NCBI RefSeq assembly: GCF_035084215.1
Contig: NC_090325.1
Location: forward strand, 112,778,001 to 112,842,000
Reading direction: 5' to 3'
Source: Heptranchias perlo
Taxonomy: Eukaryota
Length of the DNA stretch: 64,000 nucleotides
This document shows positions 13,355-26,225 of the stretch, piece by piece. A program made the translations under genes and the position numbers. Position 1 is the first letter of the stretch; the number at the start of each line of letters is the position of its first letter. Below the pieces are notes generated by a model. That model saw only the letters and a list, made by a program, of their open reading frames with translations, was not told the origin of the DNA and did no database searches.

Positions 13355-13541
13355 GGGGTTATTTTGAGTTTGGGTGATAGTGTAAAACGGGTGATGTCGG
13401 ATCAGCTGATCATTGTACACCTCTCCTGGTTTTCATTTCTGTTGCTTTCAATGGTAATAAAAATCGGGACAGATGTATAACGGGCCAGCTGATCTGGTAT
13501 TGCCTGTTTAACACCATCACCCAAAGTCAAAAGTGAGCGCC
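13355..13541. mobile_element. Palindromic MITE with about 54-bp imperfect terminal inverted repeats (TIRs)
   Basis: ggggttattttgagtttgggtgatagtgtaaaacggg...cagctg (13355-13408) mirrors cagctg...cctgtttaacaccatcacccaaagtcaaaa (13486-13541). Confidence 0.7.
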
Positions 13542-13668
13542 TCATTCAGTCAATCTCTTGCAGCTCTTATCTTGTATGAAATGAAACTCCTTTAGATTTG
13601 CCATTCAGTTCAATGCTCATCCTTACTAGTGTAGATTCAACTTTATTATAATGTTTCACAACATTTTA

Positions 13669-14899
13669 GGAGTGATTTTTGTCTCAGATAAAGGGTGGTA
13701 ATGGCCTGCAAATCAAGCAACTGCTAGTCCTGACACTTTCCACTGCTTTTATGCGTGGTCCAATTTTGGAGCGGACCTGAATCCTGGCGGCCTGTGCTTC
13801 TGCCTGAAACAGGTGGGAGCCTCATGAATACATGTAAGTAAGGATCAAGAAATGCTAATTAGATCCCAATGCCATTGCCCGAGGTCACCGCTTGTTTACT
13901 GCCAGTTCCGGCTCCCGCCCACCAACCACAGACAGTACAAGTCGTCAGGCAGTCAGTTGGAACAATACCTAAAGGGATCCTTAGCTGCCCTGAAGTAAAG
14001 CTGTCTAGAGCTTTTAGAAACATTTTTCATACATAGCTTATGGATTTATTCACCTTAAAAGATTTGAAAATGCTCGTCGTTGCATCTGTAGATTCTGAGC
14101 TCTCCAGTGCTCTCCTGGCTGACCTCCCCTCTTCTACCCTCCATAAACTTAAACTCATCCAAACCTCTGCTGCCTATATCCTAACTTGCACTAAGTCCCA
14201 TTCACCCATCACCCCTGTGCTCCCTGACCTCCATGGGCTCCCGGTCCAGCAACATCTCAATTTTAAAATTCTCATTCTCATGTTAAAAACCCTCCATGGC
14301 CTCACTCCTCCTTCTCTCTGTAACCTTCTGCAGCCCTACAACCCCCTGAGAACTCAGTGTTCCTGCAAATCTGGCCTTTTGTGCATCCCCCACTTCCTTC
14401 ACCCCAGCATTGGCGGCCGTGCCTTCAGCTGCCTAGGCCCTAACCTCTGGAAATCCATCCCTAAATGTCTCCGCCTCTCCACCTCTTACTCCTCCTTTAA
14501 GACGCTCCTTAAAACCTACCCCTTTGACCAAGCTTTTGGTCACCTGATATAATATCTCCTTCTTTGGTACGGTGTCAATATTTGTCTGATTACACTTCTG
14601 TGAAGCGCCTTGGGACGTTTTACTACGTTAAAGGCGCTCTATAAATGCAAGTTGTTGAACTCATGTTGCCTGCTGTGTTGTCACACAAAAATGCCTCTGC
14701 ACTTTAAGTGGCTGCTGCCATCCCTTAAGTTACGGCCGCACTGTCTGATTTCCCACTTCCAAATTGGTGAGCCGCTGAAGGTGCGCATTTTGTGCTGGCA
14801 GCTCATTGACCGCATGTTAACGAACCCCCCGCCATCTCCTTCAGGTTGCTCCACCCATTCACCACCTGCCAGCACTGCTCATGTGTGAAAATCACCCCC
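13669..14899. mobile_element. Non-autonomous Harbinger-type element interrupted by an L2 fragment
   Basis: Termini ggagtgattttt (13669) and aaaatcaccccc (14888-14899) are inverted matches; GC-rich interior. Confidence 0.5.
14076..14657 (+). mobile_element. L2 LINE 3' fragment
   Basis: ORF 14040..14552 contains KLKLIQTSAAYILT..SHSPITPVLPDLHGLPV..GGRAFS..LW..SFKTLLKTYPF, typical of L2 ORF2 C-terminus; L2 tail follows. Confidence 0.85.
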
Positions 14900-16509
14900 A
14901 TTATGTCTGTCGATAGAAAATAACTCTGCTTACTCCCTGATTTGATTAATGCTGTTTCCACAAGATATTTTTAATGTTTAGTACTTTGAAAACTGAATTT
15001 TACAGGGAACTGTACAACTCTTCATATCAGAAAATTTAAATTATAATTTACAGATCGCAGCACTAAAAATTAAAAGAATTTGAATAGCCTTTTGTTATAT
15101 TGGAATTTTGATATTTAATACACTGGAAAATTTTTATTTCAAAATGAAAAAAGATTGAATCATGTTTTATATATTTTATAATTATCCTATAAGATGCTTT
15201 ATTTTCACAATCAAGCAATTTACTTTTTCTTTTTGTCTATACTATTTCATGCTGGCTTTCTAGGCTCTTCCTTCCTTTTTCTACTGTTTCTCTCATTTTC
15301 TGTGTGGTGCTTCCCTTGTATTTAATATCTCTATTCTAGCTCATTTGATGGAGTCATACTAGTACGACTTTTGTTTTGCTGTCACGCTAGCATTCAGTTG
15401 AAAACACAATTTTTTTCTGGTAACTCAGAAACCACCAGGGTGGTTAACAGAAGCACTTTATGTTTTATGTCTAATTTAATTTTTTTTTAAATTTCGTTTT
15501 CTGAAGTCGGCCCCATGGGAGGAAAAGCTTGCCCTAGACCAAGGGGCCAGCAAACGCTCAGACATAAGCGAGACAGCCGAACAAGCTCCTGAGCCCACTT
15601 CACACGCCTTACGCCAAGACCTGAGGTGCAAGGGGGAGGAGGGTTGAATTTATTTTGGCCCTAAACGCTGCCTTGGAACCATAACATCTGCTTCTCTGTG
15701 TGAGGAGACTGATTAGTTGCTGGCAGCAGACAGCTGTCAGCAGAGTTCAGAATGAAACCATTTAAGGAAGGATAGAAAAGCCAAGGTACCAACTCCTTAC
15801 TTGGGGCACTACTTCACCATTCAATAATGAGTCAGATGGAAATTAGGGATACTGATTCTTTGTAAATAGCAAAAAGCTATAGCATAGTAGAATCTTAAAT
15901 GCTTATGGAATTTTATTTTTGTTACTGAATTGTTGATAAATATTTGACTAATTATAAAAGCCTGACAATGGCTTTTTTGCTGTCAACGAGCTTGTTACAG
16001 CATTTGCTGTACCATCTGCGCCTGGTTACTGTTTGTTCAGCAGGGTATGGATTAACACTGGAACATTACGACCCTTTCAGTGACTCAGCACATTGGTTTA
16101 GGTTTTGGATCTATTGTAATTCAAATGGTATTTTTAATACAAAAAATGCAGTCAGTAGTTTTTTTTGTGACGCAATCTCATGCAGAAAGTGCAATAAATT
16201 TTGCAATTCACATTTTTGGATCACTCGAGTCTTTTTGGGAGAAGAACTGCCCTGGTCTTTATGTGTAGTGATATTGTAAACACAATCATGAACGTTTTCT
16301 CTGATTGGTATTTCTATTCTTAAAAAGGTGAATCAAATCCTTGTTGCATAATAGCCACATTTTCACATGGGTGATACCAGTCTGTGATTTTTTTTAAATT
16401 TCAGTTTTACAATCCTCGCTAATTAAGTTTTCTCCCATTGCTTTCTTTCCCTTCTCTTATGAAGGAATTGATTTATGCTGTGAAATGGCTCCGTGGACAG
16501 GCAGTTATC

Positions 16510-16784
16510 TTGCCTAATTTCGACAGTGAGGAGCCGATATTTGTTCGCTGCCACCCGCACAATTGTAGCAGCAGCTCGTTGGTCTGCAAAAATCGCGTTG
16601 GGGTCCCCAATTTAAATATTTTAATAAGTCTGCCGCCTGTTTCAGTCGGGACTGCTGGCTGCCCATTTTAAGGCCCGCTCGAAAATTGAGTCGTGGGGTC
16701 AGTGGGCTTTTTAAAATTTTGATTTGCCTACCACCCCATTTTCCAGCATAAACGGGGTGGGTGGCATGTACGAAAATTGGCCCC
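16510..16784. mobile_element. MITE remnant with a Harbinger-like terminus
   Basis: CpG-containing block ending aaaattggcccc, similar to other element ends in the window. Confidence 0.4.
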
Positions 16785-16789
16785 ATAGT

Positions 16790-17035
16790 GTTAGTAGGCT
16801 ATTCCACAGTGGAGGGCAGCACAATCAAGTACAGTCTTGTTCTCAGCCAAAGTCCAAACAGCATATTTTCCAGCAGGGGCCACTAGTTATCAATCAGTGG
16901 GAAGCCCTGGCTGAATTTTTCTCTTTACTTGCCCACAGGTACTGAGATTAGCAATCTCATTGCAGCAGGGATGGGACCAGGGTCTTTCATGCAATGTATT
17001 ACTATTACACCATATTAACCCGCTCAGCCTTTAGC
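16790..17035 (-). mobile_element. Decayed SINE-like interspersed repeat
   Basis: ttttccagcaggggccactag...ccctggctgaatttttc resembles, from memory, a common chondrichthyan tRNA-SINE; a weaker relative may lie at about 37340-37560. Confidence 0.3.
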
Positions 17036-17124
17036 GGAGAGTGTGAAAAAGCTCTCGCTGAAAGTTGAGTAAATGTAAGGAATCTTACAAAACCAGGTTA
17101 TAGTCCAATAGTTTTATTTGAAAA

Positions 17125-17161
17125 TCACAAGCTTTCGGAGGCTTTCTCCTTCGTCAGGTGA
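17125..17161 (-). ncRNA. Minimal hammerhead ribozyme motif (minus-strand copy, CUGACGA core)
   Basis: Reverse complement reads tcac-CTGACGA-a-ggag-aaagc-ctcc-GAAA-gc-TT-gtga. Confidence 0.68.
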
Positions 17162-17321
17162 GTGTGGGATTCCATGGAAGGTACCGCATATATAGTCAGA
17201 GAACAATGCCTGGTGATTACAGATAACAGTGTCACGCTACACGTAACCCCACCAGCGAAAAAAGAGTTCTCTGTTTTTAATGCAACTGGTCATTCTCTCT
17301 CTTTCTCTTCCTTTCGGATGT

Positions 17322-17359
<38 letters not shown>

Positions 17360-17521
17360 TTGGGTTCTGACCGTTTGTATATTCAGTAGTCCTGTATGTA
17401 ATGTCTCTCTGTCTGAACACTCCTTTGATTGCCTTGATAACGGGCAGTTGGAAAGATTATCTGTAATCACCAGGCATTGTTCTCTGACTATATATGCGGT
17501 ACCTTCCATGGAATCCCACAC

Positions 17522-17558
17522 TCACCTGATGAAGGAGAAAGCCTCCGAAAGCTTGTGA
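17522..17558 (+). ncRNA. Minimal hammerhead ribozyme motif (CUGAUGA core)
   Basis: tcac-CTGATGA-a-ggag-aaagc-ctcc-GAAA-gc-TT-gtga. Confidence 0.7.
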
Positions 17559-18230
17559 TTTCAAATAAAACTGTCGGACTATAACCTGGTGTTGTAAGAT
17601 TCCTTACATTTGTCCACCCCAGTCCATCACCGGCATCTCCACATCATGAAAGTTGAGTAACCATCTATTGAAGGATACTGTCACATTTTTTCAGAATCAA
17701 TAGATTAGTGGATACAAAATTGGACCTACATATCAGACTAATTTTCCCCTTTTGGGTGCTGAGTGTTGAGGAATTGCTTCTTAAGAGACAATCAAGCATC
17801 TGTTTGTTACCAACATTTGAAAGAATGTTTAAAGGATTTTTCTCACATATTCTTTGATAATAAAATGTACACCATCTGCTCCCTCCAGTGGATTGTGCTC
17901 TTATTTGTATATTTCTTGTGTGCATATGTGCTCATTAAAATGAGGGATTATAGTCCTGAGGAGTTTAGCATTTGTGCAATGGGAATGCTACTTACACTGA
18001 TAGTATGGCTCAAACAGCCAATTTGAGGAACACATTCTTATTATTATGCCACAATGCTTGTGGATATTAGTAAACAAGATGCACCGCTGTGGAATTTAAT
18101 CTCTGTCAAGAAAATATACACATTTGTAAAAGTAGATGGTGTTTGCAGTAGAATAATTGGTGACCTGCAAGTTTTGGATTATTTCAAACTATTTTTAGAA
18201 TTACATTTCAACTGATACAACTGATATTTT

Positions 18231-19944
18231 ATAGAATCATAGCAGTTTACAACATGGAAACAGGCCCTTCGGCCCAACATGTCCATGTTGCCCAGTTTAT
18301 ACCACTAAGCTAGTCCCAATTGCCTGCACTTGGCCCATATCCCTCTATACCCATCTTACCCATGTAACTGTCCAAATGCTTTTTAAAAGACAAAATTGTA
18401 CCCGCCTCTACTACTGCCTCTGGCAGCTCGTTCCAGACACTCACCACCATTTGAGTGAAAAAATTGCCCCTCTGGACCCTTTTGTATCTCTCCCCTCTCA
18501 TCTTAAATCTATGCCCCCTCATTATAGACTCCCCTACCTTTGGGAAAAGATTTTGACTATCTACCTTATCTATGCCCCTCATTATTTTATAGACTTCTAT
18601 AAGATCACCCCTGAACCTCCTACTCTCCAGGGAAAAAAGTCTCAGTCTATCCAACCTCTCCCTATAAGTCAAACCATCAAGTCCCGGTAGCATCCTTGTA
18701 AATCTTTTCTGCACTCTTTCTAGTTTAATAATATCCTTTCTATAATAGGGTGACCAGAACTGTACACAGTATTCCAAGTGTGGCCTCACTAATGTCTTTT
18801 ACAACTTCAACAAGACATCCCAACTCCTGTATTCAATGTTCTGACCAATGAAACCAAGCATGCCGAATGCCTTCTTCACCACCCTATCCACCTGTGACTC
18901 CACTTTCAAGGAGCTATGAACCTGTACTCCCAGATCTCTTTGTTCTATAACTCTCCCCAATGCCCTACCATTAACGGAGTAGGTCCTGGTCCGATTCGAT
19001 CTACCAAAATGCATCACCTCACATTTATCTAAATTAAACTCCATCTGCCATTCATCGGCCCACTGGCCCAATTTATCAAGATCCCGTTGCAATCCTAGAT
19101 AACCTTCTTCACTGTCCACAATGCCACCAATCTTGGTGTCATCTGCAAACTTACTAACCATGCCTCCTAAATTCTCATCCAAATCATTAATATAAATAAC
19201 AAACAACAGCGGACCCAGCACCGATCCCTGAGGCACACCGCTGGTCACAGGCCTCCAGTTTGAAAAACAACCCTCTACAACCACCCTCTGTCTTCTGTCG
19301 TCAATCCAATTTTGTATCCAATTGGCTACCTCACCTTGGATCCCGTGAGATTTAACCTTATGTAACAACCTACCATGTGGTACCTTGTCAAAGGCTTTGC
19401 TGAAGTCCATGTAGACCACGTCTACTGCACAGCCCTCATCTATCTTCTTGGTTACCCCTTCAAAAAACTCAATCAAATTCGTGAGACATGATTTTCCTCT
19501 CACAAAACCATGCTGACTGTTCCTAATCAGTCCCTGCCTCTCCAAATGCCTGTAGATCCTGTCTCTCAGAGTACCCTCTAACAACTTACCCACTACAGAT
19601 GTCAGGCTCACCGGTCTGTAGTTCCTAGGCTTTTCCCTGCCGCCCTTCTTAAACAAAGGCACAACATTTGCTACCCTCCAATCTTCAGGCACCTCACCTG
19701 TAGCTGTCGATGATTCAAATATCTCTGCTAGGGGACCCGCAATTTCCTCCCTAACCTCCCATAACGTCCTGGGATACATTTCATCAGGTCCCGGAGATTT
19801 ATCTACCTTGATGCACGTTAAGACTTCCAGCACCTCCCTCTCTAAAATGTACACTCCTCAAGACATCACTATTTATTTCCCCAAGTTCCCTAACATCCAT
19901 GCCTTTCTCAACCGTAAATACCGATGTGAAATATTCATTTAGGA
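18231..19944 (-). mobile_element. Young 5'-truncated CR1 LINE
   Basis: RT motifs [38 protein letters not shown]; 3' end atagaatcatag. Confidence 0.92.
18310..19854 (-). pseudogene. CR1 reverse transcriptase ORF2 fragment broken by one in-frame stop
   Basis: ORFs 18799..19854 (351 aa) and 18310..18789 (159 aa) share a frame, separated by TAA where [12 protein letters not shown] is expected. Confidence 0.88.
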
Positions 19945-20574
19945 TATTATTAAAACTAGATCCCTCAGCACATGATACACATTTCAGTTATGAATCTCTA
20001 ACCATGTCATGGGCACTTTCCTCTGCACTGAAAATGCCTTTGCAAGGAGTGAGCGGTAGGTAAATGCATGTTATAATTATCCTTGTCAACAGTAGCCCAG
20101 GTAAATATGAGACAGTTGCTGAGATGGTGTCTGAGGGTTACTACTCAACAGAATGCAGAGTTAGTGATATTCTCGGTGCACCTTTCCTTTGTTGTAGATT
20201 CAGATGCCGACACGTATCTCTGTGGTTTGAAGCCAACATCTGGCACTGATAATTGTTGCTCCCAATTGGCCAGGGATGGTGTTAAAATTTACAAACTGCA
20301 CTGCAGCAAGTTGTCCATTTCTGACACACTCCATCCTGAGGGCCCCTCAGAGCTTGATTGCTAAATTGGTGCTAGTTAATGCCAAATTCCATAGCAGCTT
20401 TTGCTGTGAACTCATGTCCACTGGGAATTGCAGCAAGACTGCCTGAACTTATTTCTCCTTAATATTCATCAGAGAGAATGAAGAGCATGATTTCCTTTGT
20501 CTGGAATGGATGCAAAGCCAGGTTCTGGAGGTAAAAGGGACAATATTCTTATGAACTGTGACATACATCTTTTG

Positions 20575-20738
20575 AATTGATGCTTTTAAGGGGAAACTAG
20601 ATAAGTACATGATGGAGAAAGGTATAGAGGGATATGTTGATAGAGTGAGAGGAAGTAAATAGAGTGGGAGGAGGCTCGTGTGGAGCCTAAACACCAAATG
20701 GCCTGTTTCTGTGCTGTAAATTCTATGTAATTCCATGA
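20575..20738 (+). mobile_element. CR1-type 3' tail fragment
   Basis: gcttttaaggggaaactagataagtacatg...atggcctgtttctgtgctgtaaattctatgtaattccatg. Confidence 0.7.
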
Positions 20739-21905
20739 ATTTTAAAAGCTAAACATCAAGAGAACGGTCAGCTCAAACCTTTTTTCTTCATTTCCAATAG
20801 AAGACTTTATTTTGCTTTGAATTGTAGTGAGTGTTAAAACTTGAATTAAACTGGTATCTTTTTTCTTCATCTCCCCTTTTGGAATTATTGACTGTTTCTC
20901 GTTAGCATATTTTAGTAGCTAGGTTCAAAGAGGTAGCAAAACCAGGCTCTCCCTGAAGGAATGCTAGGATATTGATATCCCAGACACAAAAGGATGAATA
21001 GAAAAGATTCAATAACTGTCTGCTTCTTCCACTCTCCAACTTGTAGCATGGTGTAGATGATTCTCCGTCTGTCTGCAATTTGCTGTATTGCACCTCTTTG
21101 CTATGTGCCCTCACCTCTTGCCTAAGTGGCCATATATGGTGTTGCTAGGTTGTGCTGCAATGATTTTATGTGTGAGGCCCTTTGAAAATGTGTGCCAAGG
21201 TTTAAAATTGTAAATTGAAGCTTGAATATATGTCCTGCTGAAGTATTGGTGCGCATGGTCAGTAATGAGAGGGTTGCAAGGTTGTGCCATAGGCCAACAG
21301 TAAATGGGTAACAGGTTGATAGGTAGCACTTTATGGTATGCATACTTGGGCATTCTACCTGACAAATGTTAGTTTTGATTAGTCTTAAGGTGTGTCATCA
21401 TCTTCCACATCTTTTCCCAGGTTAGGCGGGTAATGCACACAATGTAGACCCTAACCGCGTTCGTCTATCAATCATACTGCCTGACTGGCCTCTGGGAGAT
21501 TCTCTGGAGTTGCCAAAAAGGCAAATTTCCTCACGCCAACCTCATGCAGCAGCAGCACCACTTTGCCAGCCATCAGAAGGGTTGGGGGCTGTGTCACTCC
21601 ATTATTCTCCCAGAGATATTTCTTGCCTACACATTTATTTTTGCTGCCACTATGTTTTTGTCCAACACCTTTTTTGCCCACGTAGCCTTTTTAAGAAATC
21701 AATTTGAAATATTTACAACTTTTGCAAAAACTGCAACTATATTTCAATCCAGTTCTTATTAGGTATGGGGTCACAGCATAAAACTCAAAAAGCGATAGTG
21801 ATGACTGTTATAGAAAACATCATGAATGCAATAGTGCTCTTCTGTTGTTGGGGCAAAGTAAATGCACTACTTCTGACCCAGGAATGTTTTTGATAATGAT
21901 TCCAA

Positions 21906-22148
21906 GGGGGTCATTTTAACCCCAAAGAACGAGTGGGTTGGAGATGGGTGGGAGGTTAAAATAATTAATTTTTGAAGCGCGACTGCAACCTGGCTCCAAC
22001 GTGCCCACTTCCACAAATAGTTGAGGTACTTAATTTTTTGTTGATTCTAAGTCTGAAGCGGATTTAACCTCACCTTCACGGGTTTCCCATGCCTTCTGCA
22101 TCTCGCCATTAAGACGGAGGCATGATGCAGCCGAAGTAGATTTGGCCC
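21906..22148 (+). mobile_element. Harbinger-type MITE whose left end is related to 60080-60782
   Basis: gggggtcattttaaccccaaagaacgagtgggttgg matches gggggtaattttaaccccacaagaacgggtgggttgg at 60080; ends gatttggccc. Confidence 0.65.
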
Positions 22149-22499
22149 TTTAAACCTGTGATTGACACATATAAATCACAGCTCGGGTATTGCAGCTGGT
22201 CTCTCAGTTCTCTCCGGCAAACGTTTGGCTGAGAGTTCTTTGTGTTGAGACTCTTTTCACTCTTCCAGCCATCACTCAATTAAATTAAAGATTGAGAAAA
22301 TAATCAATTGTTAACATCCTGAATCAATCTTGAGTACATGCACAAGTTTATATTTTTAAGAATGATGACAAAATTTGAAATATTGGAATATTCTACAGTC
22401 AAGTTACTTGACAGAATCATAACATTTTATAAGAACTTGGCTATTTTGCTAATATAAATTCTAGCACTCCAAATATTTTTCTAATTCTGATCCATTTTT

Positions 22500-22800
22500 T
22501 ACCTTTGTGTGGTCCATCTCTTCCCTCTTTTTCTGGCTTTCTCTCTCTCTCCATCTTTGGTAATGAGCTTTCCAGAGATTTTTAATACAAGCTCAGACTC
22601 CCACAACTACTTGGATTGTGTTTCTTCGCTCCCCACTTCCAGTCAATACTTCATCCCTTTCTCTAGTTTTCTCCTTCTCTGTCATATTTGCTCTAATAAA
22701 TCTACTTTCCACACCAGAGTTCCTAAAGGTCTTTCTTTTTCCTCATTTGAGTCATCCCTCAGCAATTGTTGACAAGCCCTTTGATTGAATCCACCACATT
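22500..22800 (+). pseudogene. Decayed Penelope-like RT C-terminal fragment
   Basis: ORF 22509..22772 DSHNYLDCVSSLPTSSQYFIPFSSFLLLCHICSNKSTFHTR resembles the PLE motif TDSHxYLxYxSxHP..SIPFSQFLRLRRICS. Confidence 0.65.
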
Positions 22801-23399
22801 TCCCAAATGCAGCAGAAAATAATTGCCAGGGCCACCCGTTATGCTTTTCATCTTTTCTTGCTAATGCTGGTGCTGTTAGGAATTTCAAAATATGAATGTT
22901 ACTTATATTGCACTGATCATCAAATCACTTCTCTCCTGCTCTCCCTGGTATATGTTCCTTACTCCTGGCCTGAATCTGGAACCAGCTCTTCATGCCCTCC
23001 TCCCTGTGCAGCCTCAATACAGACTGGCCTGTACTGCAGTGGGTGTGAGATGCTGGTGGCTCCCATTGACTTCCTGCTCAACTTCAGTACGTTTGCTGCA
23101 GGTCTTTCCTTGTTTAATATTGGGATATGTTGTCAGCTGGCTTCTCCCCATCAATATACGGTCAGTAGTAAAAAATCTAAAGTTCTTTGTAAACATAAGG
23201 AAGTGTAGAGTACCTTAAAAATACAGCAATATGTGTAACCTGCAAAGAGTAAATGTCCATGGAAATTGAGGATAGGATAACAAACCTTCTCCTCCCCACC
23301 ACGGAACACAAATTCGGGCACAGTATCACAAACTCTCATTCACCCCCAACCACCCCCATCTCAGAAATTGCTAGTTAGGATTTAAATCAACATTCACTC

Positions 23400-23831
23400 T
23401 GAGACACCCCCACCACCGATATCTCCAACCACCCCGCCGATATCTCCGACCTCACCACGATGTCTACAACCCCTGCCTGATGTCACCGACCTCCCCCCCC
23501 CCCCCCCCCCCAGCGATGTCACCTCCCCCCCCCCCCCTGCCCCCCGCAATCTCTCCAACCCCCACCCCCGATGTCTCTGACCACCTCGCCTCCAGACCAC
23601 CCCCCCTTCATATCAGACTTACCTGGAATCCGCTCCCCGACTGCTTTCCCTCCCGACAGGCAGCCAGCCTGTCAATCTGGCTGGCTCTTGTGCAGGAAAC
23701 CTGGAAGCAAAAATAATCGCCTTCAATTGAGTTGCGATCGCAGATTCCGACGCACTCACTCGACTCCCGGGTTTCCCACCAAAAATCTACCTACCCGCTG
23801 AGTTCCCGGCTCCAAGTTAAAATTACCCCCC
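23400..23831 (+). mobile_element. Right half of the MITE family seen at 60080-60782, with C-rich short tandem units
   Basis: gacttacctg...ctgctttccc...acaggcagccagcctgtcaatc...gctccaagttaaaattaccccc aligns with 60565-60782. Confidence 0.75.
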
Positions 23832-25686
23832 AGGTGCCTGAAATGGGAAAGTGATATCCCTCACCATGATGAGCAAAAAATACACCAAAACATTGAAAGT
23901 ATTCGCTTTGCCTTGCCTCTAAACTTCCAGCCCAGACCACATTCTCTATACCATGTAAAAATGTTTACAAATTATTAGCATATAATGGCTTGTCTTCGTG
24001 CTAATGCAGTACAAATGACGGACTTTAAAAGGAAGGCAACTCACATATTAAATTTATTACTCCTTTGACTAGCAATGTTCCCAAAAATCATGAAAATGCA
24101 AATTTCTGTTAAGCAAGCAATCCACAAAAGTATGTCACAGTTTCATAACAACTAGTTCTCTGCTTCACAGGAATCGACTTTGACACTGCATTTATTAGTA
24201 ATGTAATAGTCAGAAAGCTTTCCTCCAACAATGAGTAGGCCAGTTTCTTTTCTTTCTTGCTCCACAAAAGAAGGCACTCAACACAAGCCGGCAATTAGCT
24301 TTGTAAAATAACAGAACATTTCCTTATCAGTTTACTTTAAGTCGACTTTGAATTGAACATAGCTCCATTAATGAGATGTATTTGCTTTGTAGAGAAATTC
24401 TCAATATCCATTCTCAATATCCACCATGAACTGGGTGTTCACCTTTTAAGTTACAATATCTGTCATTTTAAAACACATCCCAGCTGCATGATAGATGAGA
24501 GAAAAAGTGGGAATACTTTAATAATGATTATGCGCATTAAATATACTTAGATATATCCAAATTTTATTCTTTTAAACCACATATCCAGAGTTTGTGTGAA
24601 AATGATACTGTCATATATTTGCAGCACAATATTGTGGGAACAATTAATTGGAAATGTCTGTTAGCCTTTTCAAAAATTTTCAACATTATTTTTCACAATA
24701 TTTGAATTGTTTTCCCAGTTCTTCAATTCGGTGTCATGATAACGGCAATTATTCTTTCTGACCGATTTCTCCCTGTACATTATACTTCAAATATATCGCA
24801 AAATTTTTGAACATGTCTGTGACAAAAATGGACTTTTTGTCCATGGTTACTCTTGTTTTTGCTTACTAAGTCAGCATGTTTTGCTTGGAAACAAGGGGGT
24901 TGATTTTCCTGGCCTTAGCTGCCATGGAGCATCTATTTCCCCAGGCACAAAGTTTGTGAAAAAGGGGCAGAGTCCCTGTTTTGCTGGGTCTTTTCCACCT
25001 TTATGTTGCCCTGGGATTTCTGGGACTTTTCTGGGGGAGAGACAGTGCAGAGCCTGCGCATCCAGCAGGTCAGGCTCGTCGTAGGCAAGTAAATAAGGCC
25101 AGAAAGGGGATTCTCGGCCTCCTGCCTCATTTTCCTGGAACTCCGCTTGCTAGGTGCTCCCAGTGAAATATGGTGTTATGGCCTGCCCCCAGACCCACAT
25201 TGAGTGAAATGTCCACAGGAGTCCCAGGAGTGACCAAAGACAGGAAAGTAAGTCAAAATTTAAACTTCTCCATCCCTCAGAGAATGCTTCGAGGCAATTG
25301 GAGCCTCTCGGCTGTTGATCTTCATCAGCTGGCAGAAGGCCCAGATCTCAGAAGCCCAATACGCAGCCAAGATTCAGGCCACAGCTGACCGTCAGTGTTC
25401 AGTCTTGTGCAAGCACTCTTTCCTTACAGCAGATTATACAGCTCATCATCTGCCTCTCTGCTAACCCAGACCTGAAAAAGACAGGTCCCCATGATCATTC
25501 TCAGATGGGTTTTGCAGGGCCTGCAGAAATGGTTGGTGGTATCTTTGCAGGTACGGCCAAACAGGCAGCGCTGGCTCCCACCACCCTGGCATGGTATGGC
25601 CTCTTTCATGCAGTACTATGTAAAGCATGGCATACTGTGATGGGGTTCTGCCGGCAGAATGGTTAGTCAGGCATTGACATCTCATT

Positions 25687-25734
25687 GAAGTAACTATTCC
25701 CAAAGGTACAGCTTCCTTTGGGAATAGTTACTTC
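25687..25734. repeat. Perfect 20-bp hairpin with an 8-nt loop
   Basis: gaagtaactattcccaaagg-tacagctt-cctttgggaatagttacttc. Confidence 0.9.
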
Positions 25735-26225
25735 TTTCTGCAGATGCAGGATGCGGATGCTGGCGAAAGAGCTGAACTCAGAAATATGTCCGGGTTGAGT
25801 CAAGAACAAGTCAAACACTTGAGCAAAGCACACCGCCATATTTATGCTGGGATGAGGGGGAAAAGGAAAATTGAGGCCATTGTCTTTGTGAATGTAGTCA
25901 TTGACAATTGGCTAATGCTAAACAGAAAATGGTGTAAATGGACAAGAGATCAATCAACATTAAAAAGAGAAAATCAGATTAACACTTGAATACTTCACCA
26001 GAACACCCAAAGCATTAACATTTATATTTCTCTTTAGTTATTGATCAATTTGCTATATATTTGTAGGATTTTCTGTTTTCATTTTAGTATGACAGCATTT
26101 ATGGATTTATCTTTATCTGTCATACTTGGCATACCTCTTTTTGTCTGGGGAGAAAGAAGAGCTGTTTATCATTTCTAACATGAAGTATTGGAATATGATT
26201 GACATTATTGCACTATGTGTTTGTA

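Larger units (their letters stand above)
17073..17646 (+). mobile_element. Penelope-like element remnant with inverted pseudo-LTR and 14-bp TSD
   Basis: About 155-bp near-perfect inverted repeat 17071-17226 / 17457-17611; TSD tgaaagttgagtaa at 17059-17072 and 17647-17660; possible ORF end (tcacgctacacgtaa, SRYT*) and a (TC)n tract inside. Confidence 0.85.

Noticed and set aside
15507-15625. Candidate exon SAPWEEKLALDQG... after a T-rich AG
   Set aside because: Weak donor (gtgcaa), no recognisable protein, and the block ends in a MITE-like terminus (ttttggccc)
25744-25989. 81-aa ORF MQDADAGERAEL...
   Set aside because: No domain, no clear donor site and no other support
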